A DNA stretch of 62,065 bases from Nitrososphaerota archaeon (GTDB lineage Archaea > Thermoproteota > Nitrososphaeria > Nitrososphaerales > Nitrosopumilaceae). A program made the position numbers and the translations under genes. Under the pieces are notes generated by a model. The model was given only the letters and a program-made list of their open reading frames with translations. It ran no database searches and was not told where the DNA came from. The number at the start of each line of letters is the position of its first letter. Within the stretch, counting starts at the first letter, position 1. Location of the stretch: contig JADFOW010000002.1 in the NCBI GenBank assembly GCA_022562615.1, positions 4,208 through 66,272 on the forward strand, in the 5' to 3' direction. Of the stretch, positions 37,780-46,202 are shown piece by piece.

Positions 37780-40251
37780 ATGAACATGAAATTATTGCTA
37801 GTGATCATACTAGCTTTTGCAATTACCGCTTTTGGCTTTAATGAGATTTTTGCAGAAAAAAATACTTATTTCGATTCTGTGAAATTTATTCAGTATTTAG
37901 ATGAGAATACTGCTCTTGAAGAGGTTAGAAACGGGAATCTGGATATGTATTATTATAGAATTTCTGCAGATAGGCTAGAAAACTTGAAGGCCAGAGAAGG
38001 ATTGGATGTTTTTGATTCCACAGGTGGGTCTTACAGCATATTGATAAATCCGGCAGAAGCTGAAAAATTCAATCCGTTTTCCATCAAGGAGGTTAGGTTT
38101 GCGTTAAATTATCTTGTGGATAGAAAATTAATCGTAAATGAACTGATGGCAGGCTATGGGGCCCCAATGACATCATACTACAGTCCATTTGACCCAGAAT
38201 ACCTAACAATAATTGAACAATTAGAGGCATTCAATTTCAGATATAATCCAACCCTAGCTGAAGAAATAATTACCAAGAATCTTCAAGAACGAGGGGCTAC
38301 CAAGGTTAATGATCAATGGCAAATTGATGGAGCCCCAATTGAAATTATATTTTTTATAAGAAGTGACGATCCAGTTAGAAAATCAATTGGAGAAATTCTA
38401 GCCTCAGAATTAAAAAGAATTGGATTTACTGTGAAAAAAGATTTTGGAGATTTGAATAAGGCATTTGTAGTTGTCTATGGTTCAAATCCAGCTGACCTAA
38501 AATGGAGTTTGTACACGGAGGGCTGGGGAAGATCTGCTTTTGTAAAATATGATTCTGTTGGCTTGGGTCAAATGTATTCACCATGGTTTTCAAATATGCC
38601 AGGATTTAATGTTCCTGATTATTGGAATTATCAAAATGACTACATTGACTCTTTAACTCAAAAGATCTATACTGGAGACTTTCAATCATCAAAAGAAAGG
38701 GAACAATTAATTCAACAAGCGGTTGTTGAGGGAATAAATGAATCAGTAAGAATTTTTTTGGCAAGTAAAATCGATCTATATGTTGTAAATCAAGGAACAC
38801 ATGGAATAATAAACGACTTTGGCGCCGGTGTTCCAAGTAGATTTACACCCATAAACGCACAAAGCGATAAAGATGAACTAGTTATTGGTGTAAAACAAAT
38901 CTATCAAGGAGCTTGGAATCCGATAATGGGATTTAGTGATACTTATAGTAGACAAATTTGGGGAATCATATCAGATCCTGTAACCTTCAAACACCCCTTT
39001 ACGGGAGAAACTTTTCCTGTTCGAGGAGATTGGAAAGTCGAAACCGCGGGTCCTGATGGGAAATTAGATCTTCCAGACGATGCAATAATTTGGGATCCGT
39101 ATATTCAGGAATGGAAAAAGGTGCCTAAAGACGCCCAGGCGGTTAGCAAAGTCACATTTGACCTTAAATTCAGTAATTGGCATAACGGGCAAAGAATGGA
39201 TATGAAGGATGTTTTACATTCATTGTACTTTACTATTGAATGGGGAACTCAGACAGATGAAAGTGACAAAACATTTGATTCTGAATTTACTCCACGTGCT
39301 GCACAAACAGTTCAGACATTAATTGGAGTAAAACCAATTGATGAAAATACAATTGAGGTGTATGTAGATTTTTGGCATTTTGATGAAGGAGAAATTGCTG
39401 AGTGGGGATCTTTGTGGAGCACAATGCCATGGGAAATATTTTCTGCCATAGAGCAAGCAGTAATTGATGGTAAAGTTTCAATTTCAAGGTCTGGTGCGAC
39501 GAGTAAGAACATCAATTGGGTTTCTTTGATAATTCCAAATGATGCCGTTGTTATTAAGAGCTATCTAGATGAATTCAAAACAAAAAAATACATTCCTCCA
39601 TCATTAAAAAAATTCGAACCGCGTTTTGAATATTTTGATAATCGATATACCGCATCTTCGGAATGGATTGCAAGTAATAATCATGCCATAATCAGCAATG
39701 GACCTTACTACCTTAATGCATATTCACCGGAGTCAAGAACCATAAGTGTATCTGCATTTGATGATGAATCATATCCTTTCAAAGCAGGACATTGGTCGAT
39801 CTTTGAAAATGCAGAATTTCCAAGAATAACAAAGGTTCAGATCCCAAATCTAATTCAAAAAGATCAAGAGTTTAATTTTAGTATTGAAACCTCCAAAACT
39901 GATTCAATTCTTTATTTCTTGAATAACGATAAAGGAGAACTAGTATCATCTGAAATAATTGATGTTGAAGAAAAACTAACCAGAATAAAAATTCCTCGAG
40001 AAATAACAAAAGAATTAGGGATGGGGGCTAATGATCTTAAGATATTTGCAATATCAGATTCTGTACTAAAACCTGATTTTTATTCTACTAGCTTCTTAGT
40101 TACTGGTTACCATAATCAATTGCCTGAAATTGCTCAAGATAGAATTCAATTAGAAGAGGGTGAAGAAGGAGTTCTATGGATTATCATACCAGTAATTGCA
40201 GTAATAATTGCAATTGTGCTTTATCTTAAAAAACTAAAACGAACTAAGTAG
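37780..40251 (+). CDS. family-5 (peptide/nickel type) ABC substrate-binding protein with C-terminal TM anchor
   Basis: Signal peptide. ALEEVRNGNLDMYYY and SILINPAE...FSIKEVRFALNYLVDR are typical of SBP_bac_5. The C-terminus VLWIIIPVIAVIIAIVLYLKKLKRTK is a membrane anchor. Confidence 0.7.
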   Translation: MNMKLLLVIILAFAITAFGFNEIFAEKNTYFDSVKFIQYLDENTALEEVRNGNLDMYYYRISADRLENLKAREGLDVFDSTGGSYSILINPAEAEKFNPFSIKEVRFALNYLVDRKLIVNELMAGYGAPMTSYYSPFDPEYLTIIEQLEAFNFRYNPTLAEEIITKNLQERGATKVNDQWQIDGAPIEIIFFIRSDDPVRKSIGEILASELKRIGFTVKKDFGDLNKAFVVVYGSNPADLKWSLYTEGWGRSAFVKYDSVGLGQMYSPWFSNMPGFNVPDYWNYQNDYIDSLTQKIYTGDFQSSKEREQLIQQAVVEGINESVRIFLASKIDLYVVNQGTHGIINDFGAGVPSRFTPINAQSDKDELVIGVKQIYQGAWNPIMGFSDTYSRQIWGIISDPVTFKHPFTGETFPVRGDWKVETAGPDGKLDLPDDAIIWDPYIQEWKKVPKDAQAVSKVTFDLKFSNWHNGQRMDMKDVLHSLYFTIEWGTQTDESDKTFDSEFTPRAAQTVQTLIGVKPIDENTIEVYVDFWHFDEGEIAEWGSLWSTMPWEIFSAIEQAVIDGKVSISRSGATSKNINWVSLIIPNDAVVIKSYLDEFKTKKYIPPSLKKFEPRFEYFDNRYTASSEWIASNNHAIISNGPYYLNAYSPESRTISVSAFDDESYPFKAGHWSIFENAEFPRITKVQIPNLIQKDQEFNFSIETSKTDSILYFLNNDKGELVSSEIIDVEEKLTRIKIPREITKELGMGANDLKIFAISDSVLKPDFYSTSFLVTGYHNQLPEIAQDRIQLEEGEEGVLWIIIPVIAVIIAIVLYLKKLKRTK

Positions 40252-40738
40252 GAAGTCCATACTCTTTTAAAATATCCTCCAACTGTTCTTCGGATTCCAT
40301 TTTAGAATATTCATCTAATAAATTTCGATTTAGCTCATAAAAGGTATGACCCCACTTAAATTTATCAAGCAAGGAAAGTGCATCTTGTTTAAAACCCAAA
40401 ATGAATAATGATGCAGAAATCGCTTCAGCAGTTGTAAGCTTGTTTAATTTCGAATAATTTACGGGATTACCAGCTAGTAATGGCGGCAATTTTCTTTTAA
40501 CTCCAATGAATTTTTTTGAAAAAGTCTGATCAACTAGATTCCATGAGCAATCAATTCCAACGATTGATTTTATAAGTGATTTGTCTTTTGGAAGTAGGAT
40601 TTTTTCAGAAAAAGGATCCAATACAAGATTATTTTTATTCATGTGTCGGATATCGCTTGCAATTTTGAATTTTACCATTTTGGCTGCGGTGCATTTTTTT
40701 GGATCGTCTTGGCGGAATCGTATAACGTATAGTTTCAA
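40244..40738 (-). CDS. tsr3: 16S rRNA aminocarboxypropyltransferase Tsr3
   Basis: RFRQDDPKKCTAAKM N-terminus, GIDCSWN and NYSKLNKLTTAEAISASLFILG match the Tsr3/DUF367 pattern. Confidence 0.8.
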   Translation of the reverse strand: MKLYVIRFRQDDPKKCTAAKMVKFKIASDIRHMNKNNLVLDPFSEKILLPKDKSLIKSIVGIDCSWNLVDQTFSKKFIGVKRKLPPLLAGNPVNYSKLNKLTTAEAISASLFILGFKQDALSLLDKFKWGHTFYELNRNLLDEYSKMESEEQLEDILKEYGLPT

Positions 40739-40771
40739 TAAAATCAGGTAGGGGGGAATTCTATTTGGATT

Positions 40772-43700
40772 TTACTCTAATGTAGAATAATTAATTTTAT
40801 AATAAAGACGTGATACTTGATTGTCTTTTACTACTTGAATGCCCCAGACAGAATCAGGCAACAGATCTGTGGCGGATTCTGGTAAAATAGAGAATTTCTC
40901 TACGCGAGCATCAGGACCGCTATATCGGACCTTGAGTTTGAAACCATCCACTTCAACAAAATCATAAATTTCTCCTGGCTTTCTCGTTGAATCTCTAACA
41001 AGACAATTGTCTTCAGGACCAATTACACAGACTCCAGTTTCAGAGACAACTCTAAGATTAACATTTGGTTCTTCACCACGTGGTGAGGCAATAAGCGAGC
41101 CCAATAGAACTCTTGGGCCTGCCTTAACACCATCAAAATCTTTTTGCATTATATTGATTGAAATACTGTCATCTGGAATACCGTTTACTTTTTCAATAAT
41201 TGTCTGAGAGATTTTTTCCTCTGTAGAAGGGCTTACGACATCAAATAGAAGGGTTTTAGTTTCAAAATCGGCCTCAACTGTTACTTCATACGTTCCAACG
41301 CTTGACAGAGAATCAGGAATTGAAAATTGGTATGAAAAAGAACCATTTGGACTTGGTCGAAGGGTTGATACTGGACCCTCGTGGATTCCACAGATAAACG
41401 AACCGCAGGTAATTTCTGAACCAGTCTTCTTAAACACACTTACATTATAATCTTCAAGATAGATCAATTTGTTTGGTTTTCCAGTTACAAAGACCACATC
41501 ACCTGGATGATATTGGGATTTATCAGATGAGATCAATAAAGTTACTGGCTCATCTAAGCCAAAGGTAAAGTCATTGGCTACTCCAAATGATTGGTCGGTT
41601 TGTTTTTTAAAGTATAATGCCTTTACTTTGTATTGACCTTCGCTGAAAATTGTTATAGGTAATTCAAAAAGACTCATGAAATTTCCACCTTGGTCTGGAT
41701 AAACTGATGCTTGGTGAATTGGTTTGGTTGGTTGTTTTTCAGAAGTTATGGTAAGATGCACTCTTTCAGGAACTACTAATCCCTCATCTCCTTGTTCTCT
41801 AAGAATAACCGAGCCCAATACCTTTAGTGTTTCTCCGGCCCTGTAGATTGTTTTTTCAGTGTATACATTTATTGGTAATATTGAAAGACTGTCATTTGCA
41901 GGATCTGATGAGAGCTTAAAGAATAGGTCTTTTCCATATGTGTCTGTTGAGACATGAATTTTGTAAATTCCCAGATTCGTTGTTGATAAAGACCTGTCCT
42001 CTTCAGATTTTACAGTTTTCTGTTTTTCTGCAGAAGGAGTAATCCATGCCCAGGAGAACTGTTGGTTATCCACAGTGGCCCCGGCGTTTACCTTGCTACC
42101 ATCGGGTTTTGTAAGAGAAATTGATACTGATGCGTCTCCTGTTGGTGGAAGCAAACCAGAAAGATAGACAGTTTCTCCAAAGCCGTACACTTCTTTATCC
42201 AAAGATACAGAAACACCATTCTCGATTTTTAGTGAATCAGTGATTGAGAACATTACAGAGTTTGAAATTTTGAGATATTTCGCCGTCACAAGGTATTGGC
42301 CTTCGTCAAAAATGTTTCTGTTAAGTTCAGTTGAAACCGAGTATCGTCCTGATGGTTCCGGTACAGCAGTAAAATCATACGAAACCACAGAGCCAGTAGT
42401 TGCTAATCTGCCTCCTCCCGTACCTCCGATAATGGTTAGAGCATTACCATCTTTGTCTTTGATTGATACATCTACTAAAGGAGTATAAGAAGTAGATTGG
42501 CTTAATTCATCTATAAAACCGCTAATTATTATTTTATCCCCGAAATCATAAACGGATTTATCGGTTGAAAGTGACAGAGGCTCTCTAGTTGTTACATAAT
42601 TAGAGGGATCTTCTACTACAAAGATAGTCTTAATTGCCGTTCCTACTTCTTTTGAAACTTGGATTCTGTAATCACCTAATCTTGTATCTTTGTTTGGAAT
42701 TTGAAAAGAATATTTGAATGAACTGTCACCTTCTAATCGTACAACAGTTAAAATCTTGAATGTAAAATCTCCACCACTAAAATCATGTACTCCAAGGGCA
42801 GTGTTTCTGGTCTGGACAATTTCCAAGTCTAAGGAACTTACCCAAAGATTATTTAATCTTCCAGTTATTGTGACAGTATCTCCCAAGCCATATACTTCCT
42901 TGTCAGTCCACAAAGAAAGGGGAACATCTTCTTTTACATCCTCAACTAAGTCAAATGAGGTTGATGTTATATCCAAATATTCACCAGTTAGTACATAGGT
43001 TCCATAAACAGGATTGATGGTGGTTAGAAAAAATGTTCCTGAAAACTCTCCATTAACAGGGTAAAGTGTTCCGGTTTCAATTATCTTTCCAGTAGGGTCT
43101 TTAAGTTCGTACTTTAATCCCTCGAATGGAATAATTTCAGATGTTATTCCAGTAAATGATGCCGTTTCTCCAGGTAGGTACTGAGACTTGTCAGTAACGA
43201 TTGCAAAAATACTATCCTCAGGTATTTCCGGTACTATGATTTCGTCTCCAACTGAAAAGCTCGTCGATGATGTAGCTCCTGCATAGCTAACCGATACAAT
43301 GTATACACCTGCGGTTGTTCCGAGAACAGGATGTAAACTTAGTGTGGTTTCAAAATTCAAGTTGAGATCCGGATAAAGTAAAACTTCAGAATAATGATTT
43401 CCTCCTTTAATGATAATATTGATGGATTCTGGTTTAAAATCTCCTTGCTGTACCTTAAAAACTTCTTCAGACACATGTCCTTTAAGAACTGCGGTTTCTC
43501 CAAACAAATAACTGGGTTTTAAAGAATTTATTGTTACAGAAACATCCTGAGTGTCTTCAATTATTGGCACTTTTCCATTTGATGAACCAGCATTGGAAAT
43601 TTCAAACTTCCAGTCATCGGCACTATCAAGATCATATCCGTCATAGATTCTCTGCCAAGAGGTAAAGTCATTTTTAATATCAGCTAATGTGGGTGTTGCA

Positions 43701-44059
43701 TCAACCACAATTCCGTTTTCATTGCGAAGTTCAACTACTTCATTGGTATCAGTAAACCACACTGTTTTGTAAGAATATGTTAAGAATTGTCCTGCTTCAA
43801 TTACAGTTCCAATGGGAATAGTAAATGTTTGTTTGAGAACTGTGGTGGATGCAATCTTCCAACCTCCAATATCGACATCCGAATCAGTTGGATTGTAAAG
43901 CTCAACCCATTCTGAGGGGGAGGCTGAATCATCACCTGGTGGATTAATTTCTACCTCGTTAATTACAACTTGATTTGCCAATGATGACTGAGCACTGGCC
44001 GGAATGCCTATTGCTACTAAAACAAAAATGGAAAATAAAATGGTGATGTTTCTGATCAT
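40772..44059 (-). CDS. giant secreted protein: lamin-tail domain plus at least 7 Ig-like modules
   Basis: Signal peptide. LTD pattern VVINEVEINPPGDDSASPSEWVELYNPTDSDVDIGGWKI. Repeated modules begin TDK..Y..GE and end G.Y.V...Y.....F.V (GTYVLTGEYLDITSTSFDL, GQYLVTAKYLKISNSVMFSI, GTYEVTVEADFETKTLLFDV and others). Confidence 0.85.
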   Translation of the reverse strand: MIRNITILFSIFVLVAIGIPASAQSSLANQVVINEVEINPPGDDSASPSEWVELYNPTDSDVDIGGWKIASTTVLKQTFTIPIGTVIEAGQFLTYSYKTVWFTDTNEVVELRNENGIVVDATPTLADIKNDFTSWQRIYDGYDLDSADDWKFEISNAGSSNGKVPIIEDTQDVSVTINSLKPSYLFGETAVLKGHVSEEVFKVQQGDFKPESINIIIKGGNHYSEVLLYPDLNLNFETTLSLHPVLGTTAGVYIVSVSYAGATSSTSFSVGDEIIVPEIPEDSIFAIVTDKSQYLPGETASFTGITSEIIPFEGLKYELKDPTGKIIETGTLYPVNGEFSGTFFLTTINPVYGTYVLTGEYLDITSTSFDLVEDVKEDVPLSLWTDKEVYGLGDTVTITGRLNNLWVSSLDLEIVQTRNTALGVHDFSGGDFTFKILTVVRLEGDSSFKYSFQIPNKDTRLGDYRIQVSKEVGTAIKTIFVVEDPSNYVTTREPLSLSTDKSVYDFGDKIIISGFIDELSQSTSYTPLVDVSIKDKDGNALTIIGGTGGGRLATTGSVVSYDFTAVPEPSGRYSVSTELNRNIFDEGQYLVTAKYLKISNSVMFSITDSLKIENGVSVSLDKEVYGFGETVYLSGLLPPTGDASVSISLTKPDGSKVNAGATVDNQQFSWAWITPSAEKQKTVKSEEDRSLSTTNLGIYKIHVSTDTYGKDLFFKLSSDPANDSLSILPINVYTEKTIYRAGETLKVLGSVILREQGDEGLVVPERVHLTITSEKQPTKPIHQASVYPDQGGNFMSLFELPITIFSEGQYKVKALYFKKQTDQSFGVANDFTFGLDEPVTLLISSDKSQYHPGDVVFVTGKPNKLIYLEDYNVSVFKKTGSEITCGSFICGIHEGPVSTLRPSPNGSFSYQFSIPDSLSSVGTYEVTVEADFETKTLLFDVVSPSTEEKISQTIIEKVNGIPDDSISINIMQKDFDGVKAGPRVLLGSLIASPRGEEPNVNLRVVSETGVCVIGPEDNCLVRDSTRKPGEIYDFVEVDGFKLKVRYSGPDARVEKFSILPESATDLLPDSVWGIQVVKDNQVSRLYYKINYSTLE

Positions 44060-44310
44060 TGCTTTTTCCTATATGGAATAAACCAAAGGCCTCTTTTTAG
44101 AATTGAATAGAGGAAAAGTTGAGCTAGTTGTTAAAGTTGAACTCAGAAATCTGACTTTTTGTGTGTTTTTCATGCATAAATTGCAACTTTTTGGTATTTA
44201 GAGAGTGCGTATAATTGATCTAAAAGTCCAAAAGAAAAAAGTGGTTCTTTTACCCGACTGATACGCGTTTTTTGCTTGTTTTATGAGCTAACTCATAGAT
44301 TTTTTTGCTT

Positions 44311-44505
44311 TTAATTTTGGTTTGTCAGTAACAAGACTCCTTCCTTTTTTTGTACCTTTCTTCTAGAAGTATTTCGAATCTTTCCTTTTCTTTGGAGTTT
44401 TTTTAATTTTTCAGAACTTAATTTTATGAATTTTTTTGTACCAGACGATTTTTTTTTTGAAGACATTAAGACGTTTTGTTGTTCATCCTTTTGTAGATGA
44501 TTCAA
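44311..44505 (-). CDS. Lys/Arg-rich small ORF, possibly the 3' part of a gene split at an A9 tract
   Basis: TTG-start ORF ...SSKKKSSGTKKFIKLSSEKLKKLQRKGKIRNTSRRKVQKK. An ATG ORF at 44483-44557 (MVTKKRQHLKRLTPKKKVESSTKG*) would fuse to it if the A9 run at 44507-44515 were one nt shorter. Confidence 0.3.
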   Translation of the reverse strand: MNHLQKDEQQNVLMSSKKKSSGTKKFIKLSSEKLKKLQRKGKIRNTSRRKVQKKEGVLLLTNQN

Positions 44506-44596
44506 CTTTTTTTTTAGGTGTTAGTCGTTTTAGATGCTGCCTTTTTTTTGTAACCATTTTAATCTTATTTCTTTTGTTCCTGCTGGTCCCTAAAAA

Positions 44597-44842
44597 TTAT
44601 TTGTTTTCAGAATCACAATTTGGGCATTTTTTATCAATAATTTTAAAACCGCATTCCATGCAAATACCTTCCCCAACATCATTTTCAATCATACGTCTTT
44701 TTCTTATAACATAGACCTTTATTCCAAAAAATAACAATATTCCAATTATGATAGCAAAGATTACTGTGGTAAATGGAATGAGTCCTATCACAAAGAGCAC
44801 AATTCCTACAATCAAAATTATATCGCGTTTCTCAAAATTCAA
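44597..44842 (-). CDS. small membrane protein with C-terminal zinc ribbon
   Basis: Two TM helices, then CMECGFKIIDKKCPNC. Confidence 0.55.
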   Translation of the reverse strand: MNFEKRDIILIVGIVLFVIGLIPFTTVIFAIIIGILLFFGIKVYVIRKRRMIENDVGEGICMECGFKIIDKKCPNCDSENK

Positions 44843-44874
44843 TTAAATCAGAATTAATAAGAATTCATAAAAAT

Positions 44875-44947
44875 GTGCCGAAGCTCAGAGCCATTAGGTT
44901 TATTTCATATCAAGTCATTACTCTAACTCTTCTTCATTGCTCGGCAC
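44875..44947 (-). ncRNA. candidate C/D-box sRNA
   Basis: Minus strand reads GUGCCGAGC-AAUGAAGA-AGAGUUAGAGUA-AUGA-CUUGAU-AUGAAAU-AAACCUAAUGGCU-CUGA-GCUUCGGCAC. It has a 9-bp terminal stem, a 3-nt bulge, tandem G.A/A.G between the C and D boxes, and 12/13-nt guide spacers. Confidence 0.5.
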
Positions 44948-44988
44948 TAAAATTACTACAATGTTTGATAATAAAATAATGATTGAAG

Positions 44989-45065
44989 TGGCGGGATCGG
45001 CGAGATTCGAACGCGCGATCTCTGCGTCCCAAACGCAGAATCATACCAAGCTAGACCACGATCCC
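44989..45065 (-). tRNA. tRNA-Pro (anticodon UGG), CCA encoded
   Basis: GGGATCGTGGTCTAGCTTGGTATGATTCTGCGTTTGGGACGCAGAGATCGCGCGTTCGAATCTCGCCGATCCCGCCA. 7-bp acceptor stem, anticodon stem CTGCG/CGCAG, loop TTTGGGA with G37, T-loop TTCGAAT. One C:U mismatch at 52:62. Confidence 0.9.
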
Positions 45066-45086
45066 GACGAATAATAAAAATCACCC

Positions 45087-45094
45087 AATTTAAG
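45087..45094 (-). promoter_or_regulatory. TATA-like box for tRNA-Pro
   Basis: CTTAAATT on the minus strand is centred about 25 nt upstream of tRNA position 1. Confidence 0.35.
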
Positions 45095-45139
45095 CCTGCC
45101 ACGTAATCATTTTAAAGACAAGTCAAAGAACAAAAACCG

Positions 45140-46036
45140 ATGCAGATAGAAGACTATGTCAAAGCTGGAAAAATTGCTTCAGAAGTAAGAGAGACGGTCA
45201 GAGTAAAGGATTGGATTGGCAAAACAGTTTATGAAATATGTGAAGAAGTAGAAAATGAAATTTTAAAAAAGGGTGCACAATGTGCGTTCCCGGTAAACAC
45301 AAGCATCAACGAGATTGCAGCTCATTATACAGCTGAGCCAAATGATCCCATAACCATTACAGATTCTGATTTAGTAAAAATTGATCTAGGTGTACAAATT
45401 AATGGATTCATTGCAGATACTGCAGTAACTGTTTGTTATGATCCACAGTTTGATGGTCTCGTGCAAGCTGCTGAAGAATCTTTAGAGAAGGCAATGTCAA
45501 TGGTAAAAGTGGGTGTCAAGGCCAGTGACATTGGAAGAGCGATTGAAGCCACAATCAAACAAAGGGGATTCAAACCTATTGCAAATCTAAGTGGGCATTC
45601 GTTAGACAAGTATACAATTCATGCAGGAAAAACAATTCCAAATATTTGGTCAATCGGAGGATTTACTCTATCTGGAGATTCAGCTTATGCGTGTGAGCCA
45701 TTTGTGACTACAGCAGATGCTGGGGGTTTTGTAAGAAATGGAAAAATTAAAAATATTTTTGCACTAAATTCAAGAAAAAAAACAAAAAACGTAGAGGCAG
45801 ATAAACTACTTGATTTTATCTGGGAGAACTTTAACATGCTTCCTTTTGCATTACGTTGGATTACAAAACAGTGGGAAGAAAAAGAAGCAAGAGAGCTACT
45901 TGATCATTTAATTAAGAAAAAGGCGGTGCAGGCCTATTCAATATTAGTTGAAATTCACGGACAAAAAGTGGCACAAGCAGAACACACATTCATTCCAAAT
46001 GAAACTGGAGCCTTAATAACCACTATTTCTCAATAG
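45140..46036 (+). CDS. map: type 2 methionine aminopeptidase
   Basis: 298 aa. Pita-bread motifs FPVNTSINEIAAHY, KIDLGVQINGFIADTA, SGHSL and AQAEHT (metal ligands D, D, H, E, E in order). Confidence 0.9.
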   Translation: MQIEDYVKAGKIASEVRETVRVKDWIGKTVYEICEEVENEILKKGAQCAFPVNTSINEIAAHYTAEPNDPITITDSDLVKIDLGVQINGFIADTAVTVCYDPQFDGLVQAAEESLEKAMSMVKVGVKASDIGRAIEATIKQRGFKPIANLSGHSLDKYTIHAGKTIPNIWSIGGFTLSGDSAYACEPFVTTADAGGFVRNGKIKNIFALNSRKKTKNVEADKLLDFIWENFNMLPFALRWITKQWEEKEARELLDHLIKKKAVQAYSILVEIHGQKVAQAEHTFIPNETGALITTISQ

Positions 46037-46202
46037 GTTCTCCAAAGATTTTTTCTATTTGCATTGTTCCTTCACAGGAATTACATTTGAAAGTCTCTGC
46101 AAATAGGTAATCGCCTTCTTTGAATTTTCTTTTTCTTTCCATATTACACGATTTGCAATTTTCTGTCGTATATGCAATGACAATTTTTTCTTTAGAGAAC
46201 AT
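46023..46202 (-). CDS. small zinc-ribbon protein (59 aa)
   Basis: Hand translation gives MFSKEKIVIAYTTENCKSCNMERKRKFKEGDYLFAETFKCNSCEGTMQIEKIFGEPIEK. The ATG overlaps the stop of the upstream gene (TAATG). One codon below the track cut-off. Confidence 0.45.
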   Translation of the reverse strand: MFSKEKIVIAYTTENCKSCNMERKRKFKEGDYLFAETFKCNSCEGTMQIEKIFGEPIEK

